The position numbers and the translations under genes are program-made. DNA of 64,000 bases from NCBI RefSeq assembly GCF_036365525.1, contig NC_090371.1:115954388-116018387 (forward strand). The letters run 5' to 3'. The notes under the pieces were generated by a model. That model ran no database searches. It had not been told where the DNA came from and saw only the letters and a program-made list of their open reading frames with translations. The stretch comes from Heterodontus francisci (lineage: Eukaryota). Position 1 is the first letter of the stretch, and each line of letters starts with the position of its first letter. This document shows, in pieces, positions 23,000-34,479 of the stretch.

Positions 23000-24632
23000 G
23001 TGACTTCAGCAAAGCTTGAGACAGGCTGCTCGTTCTCCTGATCTGACACATGAGGTGCCCGTGGCGGGCATCGTCTGGGTTTTGGAGCCTGACAGCCCTG
23101 CCAATGACTGCCTCATCTACACCTGTGCAGACTCAGTCATAGGGGCAGGACGCAGCATGTGAGATTCTTTTAGAGCAGGGAGAGCGAGGGCCGTGAATTG
23201 GGGGTGCCTTGAGAAGAGCCCACATTGCCATCAGCTCTTTCTCCATTTTCCCTCTCAGGTTTCACCAACACTTGCCTGCTAACCTAGAGCAGGAGAACAC
23301 TTGGCTGCATGTGAGTGTGATGCTCAGCCACCAAGGCGAGGCTTTGAACAATGTTGTGTAAACTGGCAGCCAGAGTGTGCAGGCAATTGGTGTGGGCCAG
23401 CATGCACTGGGTGGCCTGCTGCATCTGACACTCTATGAGGTTGGCCACTCTTTCAATAGAGGTGGTCATCAGCACAAAAGCCTGAGACATTATGACACTT
23501 CTGCTAGAGAGAGACTCCTCCAGTTTCTGTTCAAGGGTGTGCACTGTCTCTGGAAATTCTGACAGATGCACACATATTTCCCATTGCTGTTCCACAAGTA
23601 TCCGTTCAGTGGATGACCCCTGAGGCTTAGTATCTGTGTCCAGCTGACAGAGATTAAAGTGTCCTGCGCCTTCTGACAGGGAGTCTCCACTGCTATCCCT
23701 GTCTCCAGCATCTGCTCCTGCTCATGTGATGTGCTCCTTATCACATCATGTGATGGTGCATCCTCAGAGTGCTACACCTCCTCTGAGGACACCTCAGACT
23801 CATCCTTCATCTCCTCCGCCAGGACCCGCGAAGCACCTGTGGGAGATAAAAGACATGAGCTAGTGCTGAAAGTTGGTGAAATAGGGTTCCAAGTTAGCAT
23901 AGTGACTCACATTTAGTGAGTGACAGTTAAGTGCCAACAAGCAGTGTAGGATCTAATGCAGTCACCAGGTTTCTGGGCTAACCCCATCTCTCCATCAGCA
24001 ATGGCCTGTACCGGTGCCACCGTGCCAAGCTCCATGGCTTCCTCCTCCATTATAGTCAGGATGGCCATGGCTGCAAATCCATGTTCTCTGCCTCTTCCTG
24101 GAATTTTAAGCTCTCTTCTTCTGTAATGAGAAAAGGCAGAGAGTTAGGAGTGTGAGAATGAACTGATTGCTGAGGATGGAGGGTTGACACTTGAGGAGGG
24201 TGACTATGAGGAATGGGAGCCAGAGGGCAATAGGTTATGGGTGTGTGTGGGTGTTGTCTGTTGAGATGGAGATTTGAGGAGGAGGCTGGAAGGAATGTGT
24301 GTGACAGTAAGGTATATTGGTCAGAGGAGTGTTGTCCAGGAGTGTGCTAGACAGGTGAGAGATTGATGGCAGCCATCTGAAGAGTTGCAGGACACTCAGT
24401 TTGCTGGATCTCATGAGGTCATTAAACCTTTTCTGGCACTAGATCCAGGTCCTCAGCAGCACACAGCAGTTGCTCACCACCTCAGCAACTTGAAATCATG
24501 CCTGCTTGGCTGGCCTCCTCTTGCCATCCTCAGGGAAGAGGACTTCTCTCTGTGCCTTCACTGCTTGAATCGTCACCTCTGGGGCGAGTCTGCGAACCGG
24601 GTGGAAGGAACCTTTCCACTTCTTCCATCCAT
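23000..24632 (-). pseudogene. Harbinger Myb/SANT-like gene of H2
   Basis: Peptides MDGRSGK...QAVKAQREVLFPEDGKRRPAKQA*...RTWI*CQKRFNDL. TATTTAAA box on minus near 24710. Later exons are similar to those of H1. Confidence 0.8.
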
Positions 24633-25524
24633 GCTGCAGCTTTTTCCTCCCTCACACTGGATTTTTTTACTGCTAACACTGCTGCCAGTGTGATTCCTGC
24701 CGGGGTCCCTTTAAATAGAGATCCTTCATTGCTGCTTTCGGGGTTTCATCCCACCCACCCTCCTTGATTGGTCGGGGAACCCAGAGACAGGTTAATAATT
24801 GGTTTACTCTGGGAAAGAGAAACCACAAGGCACGCAAATTAGACAGTCGTTTTCCCGGCCCGAAAATAGTCCCGAGTTCCAGCAGGGACTAAAGTGAGAA
24901 GATTTTGCCCATGATTTCTGACATTTTTCTGCAAAGTGGAATAAATGTTTCTGATGTCAGTTGTAAAAAATGATTACAAACCTTGAATTTTATGATGTAG
25001 TTATTTTAATTTCAATTTATGATATCTTGCATTATCTTCCTTGCATGTAACACATCCAGCTATTCAGACACCAGGGCACCAAACCAGACAGCATCTTTTA
25101 CAAATGACTTTTAACACATCTAGGCCCAAGCTTTCAATTATCAAATACATGTCACTGCAGATGACAGGACAACATCTCCCATACCATATGCAATAATAAA
25201 GTATCTGTGAAGAACAGTCTCTTCATCTCCCTTAGGGAAAATTTCTATCTGATGAAGTGAATCCTGTTAATGCAGTCACATTCATTCAGGTTTAGGAGCA
25301 GATGCTTTCCCTTCACTTTAGATTGGCACAGAAGTGTAAAGATACCAGACAGTTGGGCTGAGCTGTACTAAAAATGAAGTAGATGAATCTAGGCAGGTAA
25401 TGGTGCAGAGTCGACAGCATTCTATTTCACTAGCAGCTGCTCTGTAAAAATAGTTTGCTGAAACATAAATCGCCACCACCTGCAATGCAAATGAGATACA
25501 GCAAAAGTAAAGCCTAGAAATTAC

Positions 25525-26315
25525 TTTTTTAATTCGCTCATGGGATATGAATGTTGTTGGAAAGGCCAGCATTTATTGCCTATCCCTAATTGCTCTTGAA
25601 AAGGTGGTGGTGAGCCGCCTTCTTGAACCGCTGCAGTCCATGGGATGTAGGTACACCTACAGTGCTGTTAAGAAGAGAGTTCCAGGATTTTGATCCAGCA
25701 ACAGTGAAAGAATGGCGATATAGTTTCAAGTCAGGATGGTGTTGGAGGGGAAATTGCAGGTGGTGGTGTTCCCATGCGTCTACTGCCCTTGTCCTTCTAG
25801 GTGGTAGAGGTTGCGGGATTATCGAAAGAGCCTTGGTGAGTTGCTGCAATGCATCTTTGACCTCGTCAGCAGATGTGGCCTCTTCAGACTACTAGAAAAG
25901 ATTGGATGCCCACCAAAGCGACTAAGTATCATCACCTCATTCCATGACAATATGAAAGGCACAATTCAACATGGTGGCTCCTCATCAGAGCCCTTTCCTA
26001 TCCTGAGTGGCATGAAACAGGGCTGTGTTCTCGCACCCACACTTTTTGGTACACACTGCTGCCACTGTGTATCGGTGCTGGAGGGCATAAATGTTTAAGG
26101 TGGTGAATGGGTGCTGATCAATTGGACTTCTTTGTCCTGGATACTGTTGAACTTCTTGAGTGTTTTCTGAAGCTGTACTCATCCAGGCAAGTGGAGAGTA
26201 TTCTATACACTCCTGGCTTGTGCTTGTAGATGGTGAACTGGCTTTAGGGAGACAGGAGATGAGTTACTTGCAGCAGAATTCCCAGCTTCTGTCCTGCTCT
26301 TGAGGCTGCAGTTTT
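25525..26315 (-). mobile_element. Family A LINE 3' fragment
   Basis: Family A tail on the minus strand and peptide HSFTVAGSKSWNSL...KKAAHHHL. Confidence 0.85.
25855..26049 (+). mobile_element. Internal RTE fragment with no tail and no TSD
   Basis: Near-identical to ~27255-27449 (FDLVSRCGLFRLLEKIGCP...KQGCVLAPTLF). Confidence 0.88.
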
Positions 26316-26319
26316 TGGC

Positions 26320-26485
26320 CATGCTAATTGGTTGGCTAGCACTCTCTTCTCACATAGTATAACGCTGTTGTTTTCCCTTACATTGGTATTCTTGTGGATG
26401 TCCTGATGAGTGCAAGACAAAAAGCTTCAACAACATGTCTCTATTTTCAGCAATACTCAGTTCCGTACTACTAACCGACTATTTC
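26320..26485 (+). mobile_element. Penelope-type terminal-repeat fragment with a degenerate hammerhead (26399-26432)
   Basis: TGTC-CTGATGA-GT/GCAAG/AC-(A)AAA-AGCT-TC-(A)ACA. Two CpG-type G>A changes separate it from a complete minimal hammerhead. Boundaries are approximate. Confidence 0.55.
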
Positions 26486-27155
26486 CAACCCATTCATTGG
26501 AAAACTGAACAGATCGGATGCAACCCTGGTTTGTCAACAATGTCAACAATGAAGAGTAACATTAAGCAGGGTGTAAAATTAACATTCCACACAATCCTGC
26601 TTGGCAAGTTAGGTTAAACTCACCCCCAATGTCACTGAGATACAAATGAGTGCAGATGGAATCTCTCAATCTTCCTGTTCGCAGTACCCTGTGCACACAG
26701 TTCACTCATATAATGGTGATAAAGACTAGTAGCATTCCAGACTTTCAGGAAGTTAGCTATATTTTTTATTGCTACAATCAACATTATAAATTTGGAAGTT
26801 GATATCGGCATTTTCTGTTTGAGGTTTCTGAGGAGGAGGACGAAGAATTTAAAAACAGTGATGCAAGGCAAGTTCACTTCCATCAGAACCCATTACTCAC
26901 ACCCACCCTTACTCACCAGAACAGATACACAGATCCAGGTACACCTATCTGGCATTGCTTGAGAACAACTACCTTTGCAGGGTTCACTTCACTAGGGTGA
27001 CAATGACTGAGTCTGCTCGAATTTGACCATAAACAACACTGACCACAGGGATGGAATTCCGAGTGACAATGGAGGTCCTTGTAGCACTGAACCTTTATGC
27101 CTTGGGCTCACTCAAGTTATCACAGGGGTTAACAACAGCATCAGTCAATTAAAAG

Positions 27156-28588
27156 ATCGACCGTTGACATGCTGTTCTCCCTTCGTCAGATACAGGAGAA
27201 ATTCCATGAACAACAGATGCCCCTCTACATTGCTTTCATTGATCTCACCAAAGCCTTTGACCTCGTCAGCAGATGTGGCCTCTTCAGACTACTAGAAAAG
27301 ATTGGATGCCCACCACGGCTACTAAGTATCATCACCTCATTCCATGACAATATGAAAGGCACAATTCAACATGGTGGCTCCTCATCAGAGCCCTTTCCTT
27401 TCCTGAGTGGCGTGAAACAGGGCTGTGTTCTCGCACTCACACTTTTTGGGATTTTCTTCTCCCTGCTGCTTTCACATGCGTTCAAGTCCTCTGAAGAAGG
27501 AATTTTCCTCCACACAAGATCAGGGGGCAGGTTGTTCAACCTTGCCCGTCTAAGAGCGAAGAGCAAAGTACGGAAAGTCCTCATCAGGGAACTCCTCTTT
27601 GCTGACGATGCTGCTTTAACATCTCACACTGAAGAGTGCCTGCAGAGTCTCATCGACAGGTTTGCGGCTGCCTGCAATGAATTTGGCCTAACCATCAGCC
27701 TCAAGAAAATGAACATCATGGGGCAGGACGTCAGAAATGCTCCATCCATCAATATTGGCGACCACGCTCTGGAAGTGGTTCAAGAGTTCACCTACCTAGG
27801 CTCAACTATCACCAGTAACCTGTCTCTAGATGCAGAAATCAACAAGCGCATGGGAAAGGCTTCCACTGCTATGTCCAGACTGGCCAAGAGAGTGTGGGAA
27901 AATGGCGCACTGACACGGAACACAAAAGTCCGAGTGTATCAGGCCTGTGTCCTCAGTACCTTGCTCTATGGCAGCGAGGCCTGGACAACGTATGTCAGCC
28001 AAGAGCGACGTCTCTATTCATTCCATCTTCGCTGCCTCCGGAGAATACTTGGCATCAGGTGGCAGGACCGTATCTCCAACGCAGAAGTCCTCAAGGCGGC
28101 CAACATCCCCAGCTTATACACACTACTGAGTCAGCGGCGCTTGAGATGGCTTGGCCATGTGAGCCGCATGGAAGATGGCAGGATCCCCAAAGACACATTG
28201 TACAGCGAGCTCGCCACTGGTATCAGACCCACCGGCCGTCCATGTCTCCGCTTTAAAGACGTCTGCAAACGCGACATGAAATCCTGTGACATTGATCACA
28301 AGTCGTGGGAGTCAGTTGCCAGCGTTCGCCAGAGCTGGCGGGCAGCCATAAAGATGGGGTTAAAGTGTGGCGAGTCGAAGAGACTTAGTAGTTGGCAGGA
28401 AAAAAGACAGAGGTGCAAGGGGAGAGCCAACTGTGTAACAGCCCCGACAAACAAATTTTTCTGCAGCACCTGTGGAAGAGCCTGTCACTCTTGAATTGGC
28501 CTTTATAGCCACTCCAGGCGCTGCTTCACAAACCACTGACCACCTCCAGGCGCATATCCATTGTCTCTCGAGATAAGGAGGCCAAAGA
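27156..28588 (+). mobile_element. Young 5'-truncated RTE-clade LINE
   Basis: Perfect 13-bp TSD AGTCAATTAAAAG at 27143-27155 / 28589-28601 and a GAA-type tail. Confidence 0.95.
27169..28494 (+). CDS. RTE reverse transcriptase, C-terminal 441 aa (uninterrupted but N-truncated)
   Basis: Motifs FIDLTKAFD, GVKQGCVL, LLFADD, FTYLGS, LLYGSEAW, RLRWLGH, C-terminal CSTC. The stop falls just before the C-terminus seen in the 60.5 kb copy. Confidence 0.85.
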   Translation: MLFSLRQIQEKFHEQQMPLYIAFIDLTKAFDLVSRCGLFRLLEKIGCPPRLLSIITSFHDNMKGTIQHGGSSSEPFPFLSGVKQGCVLALTLFGIFFSLLLSHAFKSSEEGIFLHTRSGGRLFNLARLRAKSKVRKVLIRELLFADDAALTSHTEECLQSLIDRFAAACNEFGLTISLKKMNIMGQDVRNAPSINIGDHALEVVQEFTYLGSTITSNLSLDAEINKRMGKASTAMSRLAKRVWENGALTRNTKVRVYQACVLSTLLYGSEAWTTYVSQERRLYSFHLRCLRRILGIRWQDRISNAEVLKAANIPSLYTLLSQRRLRWLGHVSRMEDGRIPKDTLYSELATGIRPTGRPCLRFKDVCKRDMKSCDIDHKSWESVASVRQSWRAAIKMGLKCGESKRLSSWQEKRQRCKGRANCVTAPTNKFFCSTCGRACHS

Positions 28589-29544
28589 AGTCAATTAAAA
28601 GCACTCTCTTGCCTCAAGCAGGTCACTGATGTGCTGTTCATCCACTTCCTCTTGGAAAAGCAGCAGTAGAATAAGAGGGCACTGCAGTTTTTCTGTGCTT
28701 CAGGATTCCCCAAAGCTTAGAGCATTAGGAATAGCATTCATCTGACCTTTAGCTCTGTACACACAATGCCATAGTGTTCATGAACCAGAAAGGCTTCTGC
28801 TCAGTCAATGTGCAAACTGTCAATACTTGCCAAGCATTCGGCATGATTATTTTAAGACAATCCTATCTACCCATGTTATTTAAAGAAAAAGGGAGAGCAA
28901 AGAGTGATGACTCCGAGCAAACTAAGACGATCCATTTTAACCCTGGATCGTGGGATCCTGTAGATCGGTAAAAACAAAGTGAAGGCAGATACAAGACCTT
29001 CACCTATGTAGTAAATGCACCAGCTGTCCTGTTCACTTTGCAGTGGCCCAATACTAATATTTACCTCTGCTTTATCTCAATTAATAGGGAGATCATCCTT
29101 TGATCTGTACCATTAGAAGTTAATTCACTGGATAAAGTTGAACCAACATATTTTACTATAAATAATCTGAGTGCATATCTTCACTGAACTTTAACTCAAC
29201 ATTTTCCCTTAGTGAGTGTCCATGGCGTGTGTCTTCTGGAAGCTATCCTAGTCATTCTTCTAGGTACTTCCATAGTGGGGGAAGGAAATATGGTGACTTT
29301 CTGTAGGACATCACTTGTGATTGAAGTATCCATATACTTCCTTGTGGTAGATCATGAGTTGGTACTGCAACTAATTCTGCGATGGACCCTGCTGCAGTAG
29401 CTGGCTAGTACCTCCTCCATTCTCCTCCATTCCATTCCTCCCTGTATGCACTCACTCCCTGTGATTTCAAAAGGCTTCTTCAAAATAATTCAAAGGACTT
29501 GACATTTCTACATCCTCTGACTATGTGGGCTTGCTCCCTCCTGT

Positions 29545-29854
29545 ATAAAATTAAAACCTGACCCAGGCCCAACCTGACCACAGCCAACCTGGACCCGAGT
29601 CCTTTAATTATTTTTCGCGCCCGACCTGACTCGACCCAAGATGAATAGCGTTCATCCGTTCCGGCAGCAGGCCATTCCTGCAGATGGAGTTGTGGGGAAT
29701 CATGGGTAAGCCTGATCCCGTGACTTCCTGGAAGCAGCACTGTCCAGCCTGACCCGACCCGAGTCTGAATGCTGGACTCGGAATATCGACCCGACCCGAC
29801 CTGAACCCGACACATGAAGTTCACGTCGGGTTCAGGTCGGGTAGCCAGGCTTTA
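29545..29854. mobile_element. Non-autonomous DNA transposon with CCCGA/TCGGG subterminal repeats (hAT-like)
   Basis: Many (C)CCGA pentamers that switch to TCGGG near the right end GGGTAGCCAGGCTTTA. Left end unclear. Confidence 0.55.
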
Positions 29855-30479
29855 CACCAGTATATATGTAAATGCAAAAAATATTATAATTTGCAGCTAT
29901 GCATGTGAAGATGTGAAACAGCTTTAAGGTGAGTTTTTTGTATGAGGCGAAAGACACAGTAGAACAGAGGAAAACTTTATAGAACTTATACTTTGCCTGT
30001 TCACTTTATATAGGAAATACTGGGTGGCTTTTCCTTGGCAGATTTTCTCATACTGCTAGATTTCTTTTTTTATCCTTTCTGTTACCTCATCCCTTGCAAT
30101 CTGAATCAATCAGTCAACGGAGAAAGACATTTAGATTTTTGTTACATTATCTAGCAAGTATTTGTCAGTCTGATAACTTAAAAACATATTTAGATTGTAA
30201 CTAAATTTGATCTAGACTCTCATAATGGTCTGAGGGGACGTAATTAATTTTGGTGGATTGCTGCAGGGTTCAAAATTATAGCATTCGGCAGAAGGATTTG
30301 TCAGTTCCTTACCAAGCTACAATAGGATGATGATCGCAAAACACTATGGGTCCCACATGTACATACTTGCCCACATATTGGGAAATTTTGCATTCAGAGG
30401 GACCTGGATGGCCTTGTAGAAGAATCACAGAACAATAATATGCAGGTATAGCAAACAATTAAGAAAGAAAATGGTATAT

Positions 30480-31722
30480 GCTTCCGGCTGCAGAAGCTTG
30501 AGCTCCGGGTTTCGGAACGCAAGCAGCAGCTGGAGTCACTTGTGCATCCGTGAGGGTGAGGATTATGTGGATAGCATGTTTAAGGAGGTGGTCACACTGC
30601 AGGTTAGGAACATGGAGGCAGAGAGGGAATGGGTGACCACCAGGCAGTCTAAGAGAACCAGGCAGGTAGTGCAGAAGTTCCCTCAGTTTGTCTTGCTTGC
30701 TAATTGGTTTTCCATTTTGGATACTGATGAGGGTGAAGGTTCCTCAGGGGAGGGCAGCCAGAGCAAAGCCTGTGGCACTTTGGGGGTGGCTCAGCTGCAC
30801 AGGAGGGGAGGAAGAAGAGTGGAAGAACAATAGTGATAGGGAATTCGTTAGTCAGGGGATCAGACAGGCAGTAAACTGTGGCAGTAAACATGATTCCAGG
30901 ATGGTGCGTTTCCTTCCTGGTGCCAGGGTCAAGGATGTCACGGAGCATCTGTAGGACATCCTTCTTGAGGAGGGTGAACAACCAGAGGTCATGGTCCACA
31001 TTGGTACCAATGACATAGGTAGGAAGAGTGATGAGGTCCTGAAAACAGATTTTAGGGAGTTAGGAAGGAAATTAAAAAGCAGGACCGCAAGAGCAGTAAT
31101 CTCAGGATTACTCCCAGTGCCATGTACTAGTGAGCATAGGAATAGGAGGATTATTCAATTGAACACATGCTGCAGAATTGGTATAGGAGGGAGGGCATCA
31201 GATTTCTGAAGCATTGGGACCGGTGCTGGGGCAGGTGGGATATGTACAAGATAGACAGGATACTCCTTAACAGCACCGGAACTAATATCCTGACAGGGAG
31301 ATTTACTAGTGCTGTTGGGGAGAGTTTAAACTAGCTTGCCAGGGGGATGAGAACCTGAGGGGTAGCTCAAATTGGAAGGAAGTAAAGCTGGTAACAGGAA
31401 GTAGAAAAGTAGCAAGCGACATTAGAAGGCAGGCGAAACAAAGGCAAGCATCAACGAGGCTTAGAATGGAGAATAATGTCAAAAAGGCAAAGATAAGGCA
31501 CTCTACCTGAATGCAACAAGGTAGATGATTTAAAGGCACAAATAGAGGTAAATGGGTATGATCTAATTGCCATTATGGAACCATAGTTACAGGGGGTCCA
31601 AGACGAACTGAATATTCAAGGATATTCTACATTTAGGAAGGACAGAAAAAAAGGAAAAGGAGGTGGTGTTGCACTGATAATATGGGATGGGATCAGTACA
31701 TTAGTAAGGGAGGATCTCAGAT
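30480..31722 (+). mobile_element. CR1 5' part: ORF1 with SGNH/GDSL esterase domain and start of the ORF2 endonuclease
   Basis: Motifs IVIGNSLVRG, LPGARVKDV and VHIGTNDIG (esterase), then LYLNA, YDLIAIME and RKDR..GKGGGVAL (APE endonuclease). Confidence 0.85.
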
Positions 31723-31859
31723 TGCCAGTGTGAAACACTGATAGTGGGAACATATTCTGTATGTGTTAAAGTTTTCTTATTCCCTTCCAGTTCACATCTG
31801 CCTTCAGCTAACCAAGCAGTCACTGACACACCTACAGGCCAGTCAGAGACTTAAGCTGA

Positions 31860-32965
31860 GCTATATCCATGGAGTAAAAGGTACAGTTGCAGAATGGATA
31901 TGAAATTTGCAGAATAACAGGAAACAGATTAGTGATAAACAATTGTTTTTTGGACTGGAGGAAGGTATAAAATGGGGTTCCCCAGGGGTTGTGTTAGGAC
32001 CCCTGCTTTTCATGAAATGTGTTAATGACCTGGATTTGGGTGCACAGGGCACAATTTCAAAATTTGTAGATGACACAAAACTTGGAGGTATTGTGAATTG
32101 TGAGGAGGATAGCGATAGACGTCAAGAGGACATAGGCTTGTGAAATTGGTGGGCAAGTGGCAGACGAAATTTAATGCACAGTAGTATGAAGTGATTCATT
32201 TTGGTAGGAAGAACGAGGAGAGGCAATACAAAATAAAGGATACAATTCTAAAGTGGGTGCAGGAACACAGGGACCTGGGGGTATATGTGCACAAATCATT
32301 GAAGGTGGCAGGGCAGATTGAGAAAGCAGTTAATAAAGCATACAGGATCTTGGGCTTTATAAATGGAGGTATAAAGTACAGAAACAAGGAAGTTATGATG
32401 AAGCAATATAAAATACAGCCTCATCTGGAGTACTGAGTCGAGTTCTGGGCACCACATTTTAGGAAGGATGTGAAGGCATTAGAGAGGGTGCAGAAAAGAT
32501 TCACAAGAATGGTTCCAGCCATGAGGAACTTCAATTGCATGGATAGATTGGAGAAGCTGGGGCTGTTCTCCTTGGAGAAGAAAAGATTCAGAGGATGTTT
32601 GATAGAGGTGTTCAAAAACATGAAGGATCTGGATAGAGTAGATAGGGAGAAACCATCTCCATTGGTGGAAGGATCAAGAACTAGAGGACACTGATTTAAG
32701 GTAATTGGCATACTAAGCAATGGTGACATGAGGAAAACTTTTATTACGCAGCAAGTGGTTTGGATCTGGAATGCACTGCCCGAGAGTGTGGTGTCGGCAT
32801 ATTCAATTGTGGCTTTCAAAAGGGATGAAGTGAAAAACTTTGCAGGGCTACAGGGGAAAGGCTGGGGAGTGGGACGAGGTGAGCTGCTCTTGCAGAGAGC
32901 CGGCACGCACATGATGGGACAAATGGCCTCCATTTGTGCAGTGACCATTCTATGATTCTATGATA
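31860..32965 (+). mobile_element. CR1 LINE 3' part
   Basis: Peptides PGVVLGPLLF, KFVDDTKLGG and ALERVQKRFTRM, with a (ATTCTATG)n tail. Confidence 0.9.
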
Positions 32966-33336
32966 ACTAGGCTACATGGGACTATTATGTGAACTAATTT
33001 CTCAAATCTCACTCAGCAACTCTGATTTCCTGATCATTTGAGAAGCAGAATACCAGCCAATTTATACATCCTAAATATGTTTCACAGCTCTTTTTGAGTG
33101 GCTAAAATACAAAATATCTAATTATCTTACAAGTCACTGCTTAAAATGGGTGGCGCTAAAATGCCACCCTTCATCATCTGCAGCATAACAATGGTAAAGT
33201 GCAACTTCTGGCTGCCAGTAAATTGTATCCTGACCCCGTACGGATTCTTGAGGTCAGGGACATTTGCAAACGTCTGTCAGGTACTTACACTGCCTGTGGT
33301 GCATTTTGGTATTCTGTTTTTATTTGTTTGGTGGTT

Positions 33337-34109
33337 GTGGGGTCCATCCTGCTGGTGGGGCAGGACATACCCAGGGATGGTGATGGTTGTGTCTGGGACA
33401 TTTTCTGCAAGGTGTGATTCCATGAGTATGACTATGTCAGGCTGTTGCTCGACTGGTCTGTGGGATAGCTCTTCCAACTTTATCACAAGCCCCCAGATGT
33501 TAATAAAGAGGACTTTGCAGGGTCGACAGGGATGGGTTTGCCTGTGCCATTTCCGATGCCTAGGTCGATACTGGGTTGTCTGTCCAGTTTCATTCCTTTT
33601 CTTCGACTTTGTAGCAGTTTGATACAACTGAGTGGCTGGCTAGGCCATTTCAGAGGGCAGTTAAGAGTCAACCACATTGCTGTGGGTCTGGAGTCACATG
33701 TAGGCCAGACCAGGTAAGGATGGCAGTGTAAGGCGGAGGTAGATAGATTCTTGTTAGGCAAGGGAATCAAGGGTTATCAGGGGCAGATGGGAGTGTGGAA
33801 TTCAAAACACAAACAGATCAGCCATGATTTTATTGAATGGTGGAGCAGGCCCAAAGGGCCGAATGGCCTGCTTCTGCTCCTATCTCGTATGTTCCTTCCC
33901 TAAAAGACATAAGTGAACCAGATGTTTTTTTTTACAACCATCGACAATGGCTTCATGGTCACCACTCGATTAGCATTTCATTCCAGATTTATTAATTGAA
34001 TTCAAGTTCCACCATCAGCCGTGGTGGGATTCGAACCCATGTCCCAGAGCATTAGCCTGGGGCTCTGGGTTACTAGTCCAGTGACATTACCATTACGCCA
34101 CCACCTCCC
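33337..34109 (-). mobile_element. Family A LINE 5' end with complete tRNA-like head; nested CR1 3' fragment at ~33728-33893
   Basis: Minus strand begins GGGAGGTGGTGGCGTAATGGTAA (A box)...GGGTTCGAATCCC (B box) and runs into NIWGL...QQPDIVILMES (APE endonuclease). Confidence 0.88.
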
Positions 34110-34479
34110 ACTGTATAGGCTGCAGAGCAGTGTCATGGCTCCAGAATACCAACTTGCAGCCTGAGGATTTCCAAAATATATTTTGATCAATCAATCAAAA
34201 TATCTTTTAATTGATCGATCGCAGTAAGAAAATGAGCCTTTAAAGTTACTATGAGCTTCACTTCTGCCAACACTAGAACCTGGCCTGCTAGTTCACCGGC
34301 TTCCTGCAGACTAACAGAGCACCAGGGGCAATGGAGGCTAAACTGGCATTGTCCTGCCAGACTTGGCTCTTTCACTGAAATCTGTATGAAAGGGAGAGCA
34401 AAAAGTCCCAGCTCCCATTTCTGGAGAAAACACTGATGGGCACCTAATGGCGATTCAGTGGAACCAGGTCCCACCTCAC

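Larger units (their letters stand above)
20957..24910. mobile_element. Complete but decayed PIF/Harbinger transposon H2 (3954 bp)
   Basis: TIRs GGGCAGAATTTTC / GAAGATTTTGCCC and 3-bp TSD ATG at 20954-20956 / 24911-24913. Convergent transposase and Myb genes inside. Confidence 0.9.
26880..28960 (+). pseudogene. Old Harbinger transposase remnant, split by RTE
   Basis: CLKQVTDVLF, SGFPK and FMNQKGFCSVNVQ follow the RTE; the sequence continues across the TSD. Confidence 0.6.

Noticed and set aside
25322-25396. 75-bp segment with good acceptor and donor signals
   Set aside because: Stop codons occur in all three frames, so at most it is a non-coding exon, and there is no evidence for that.
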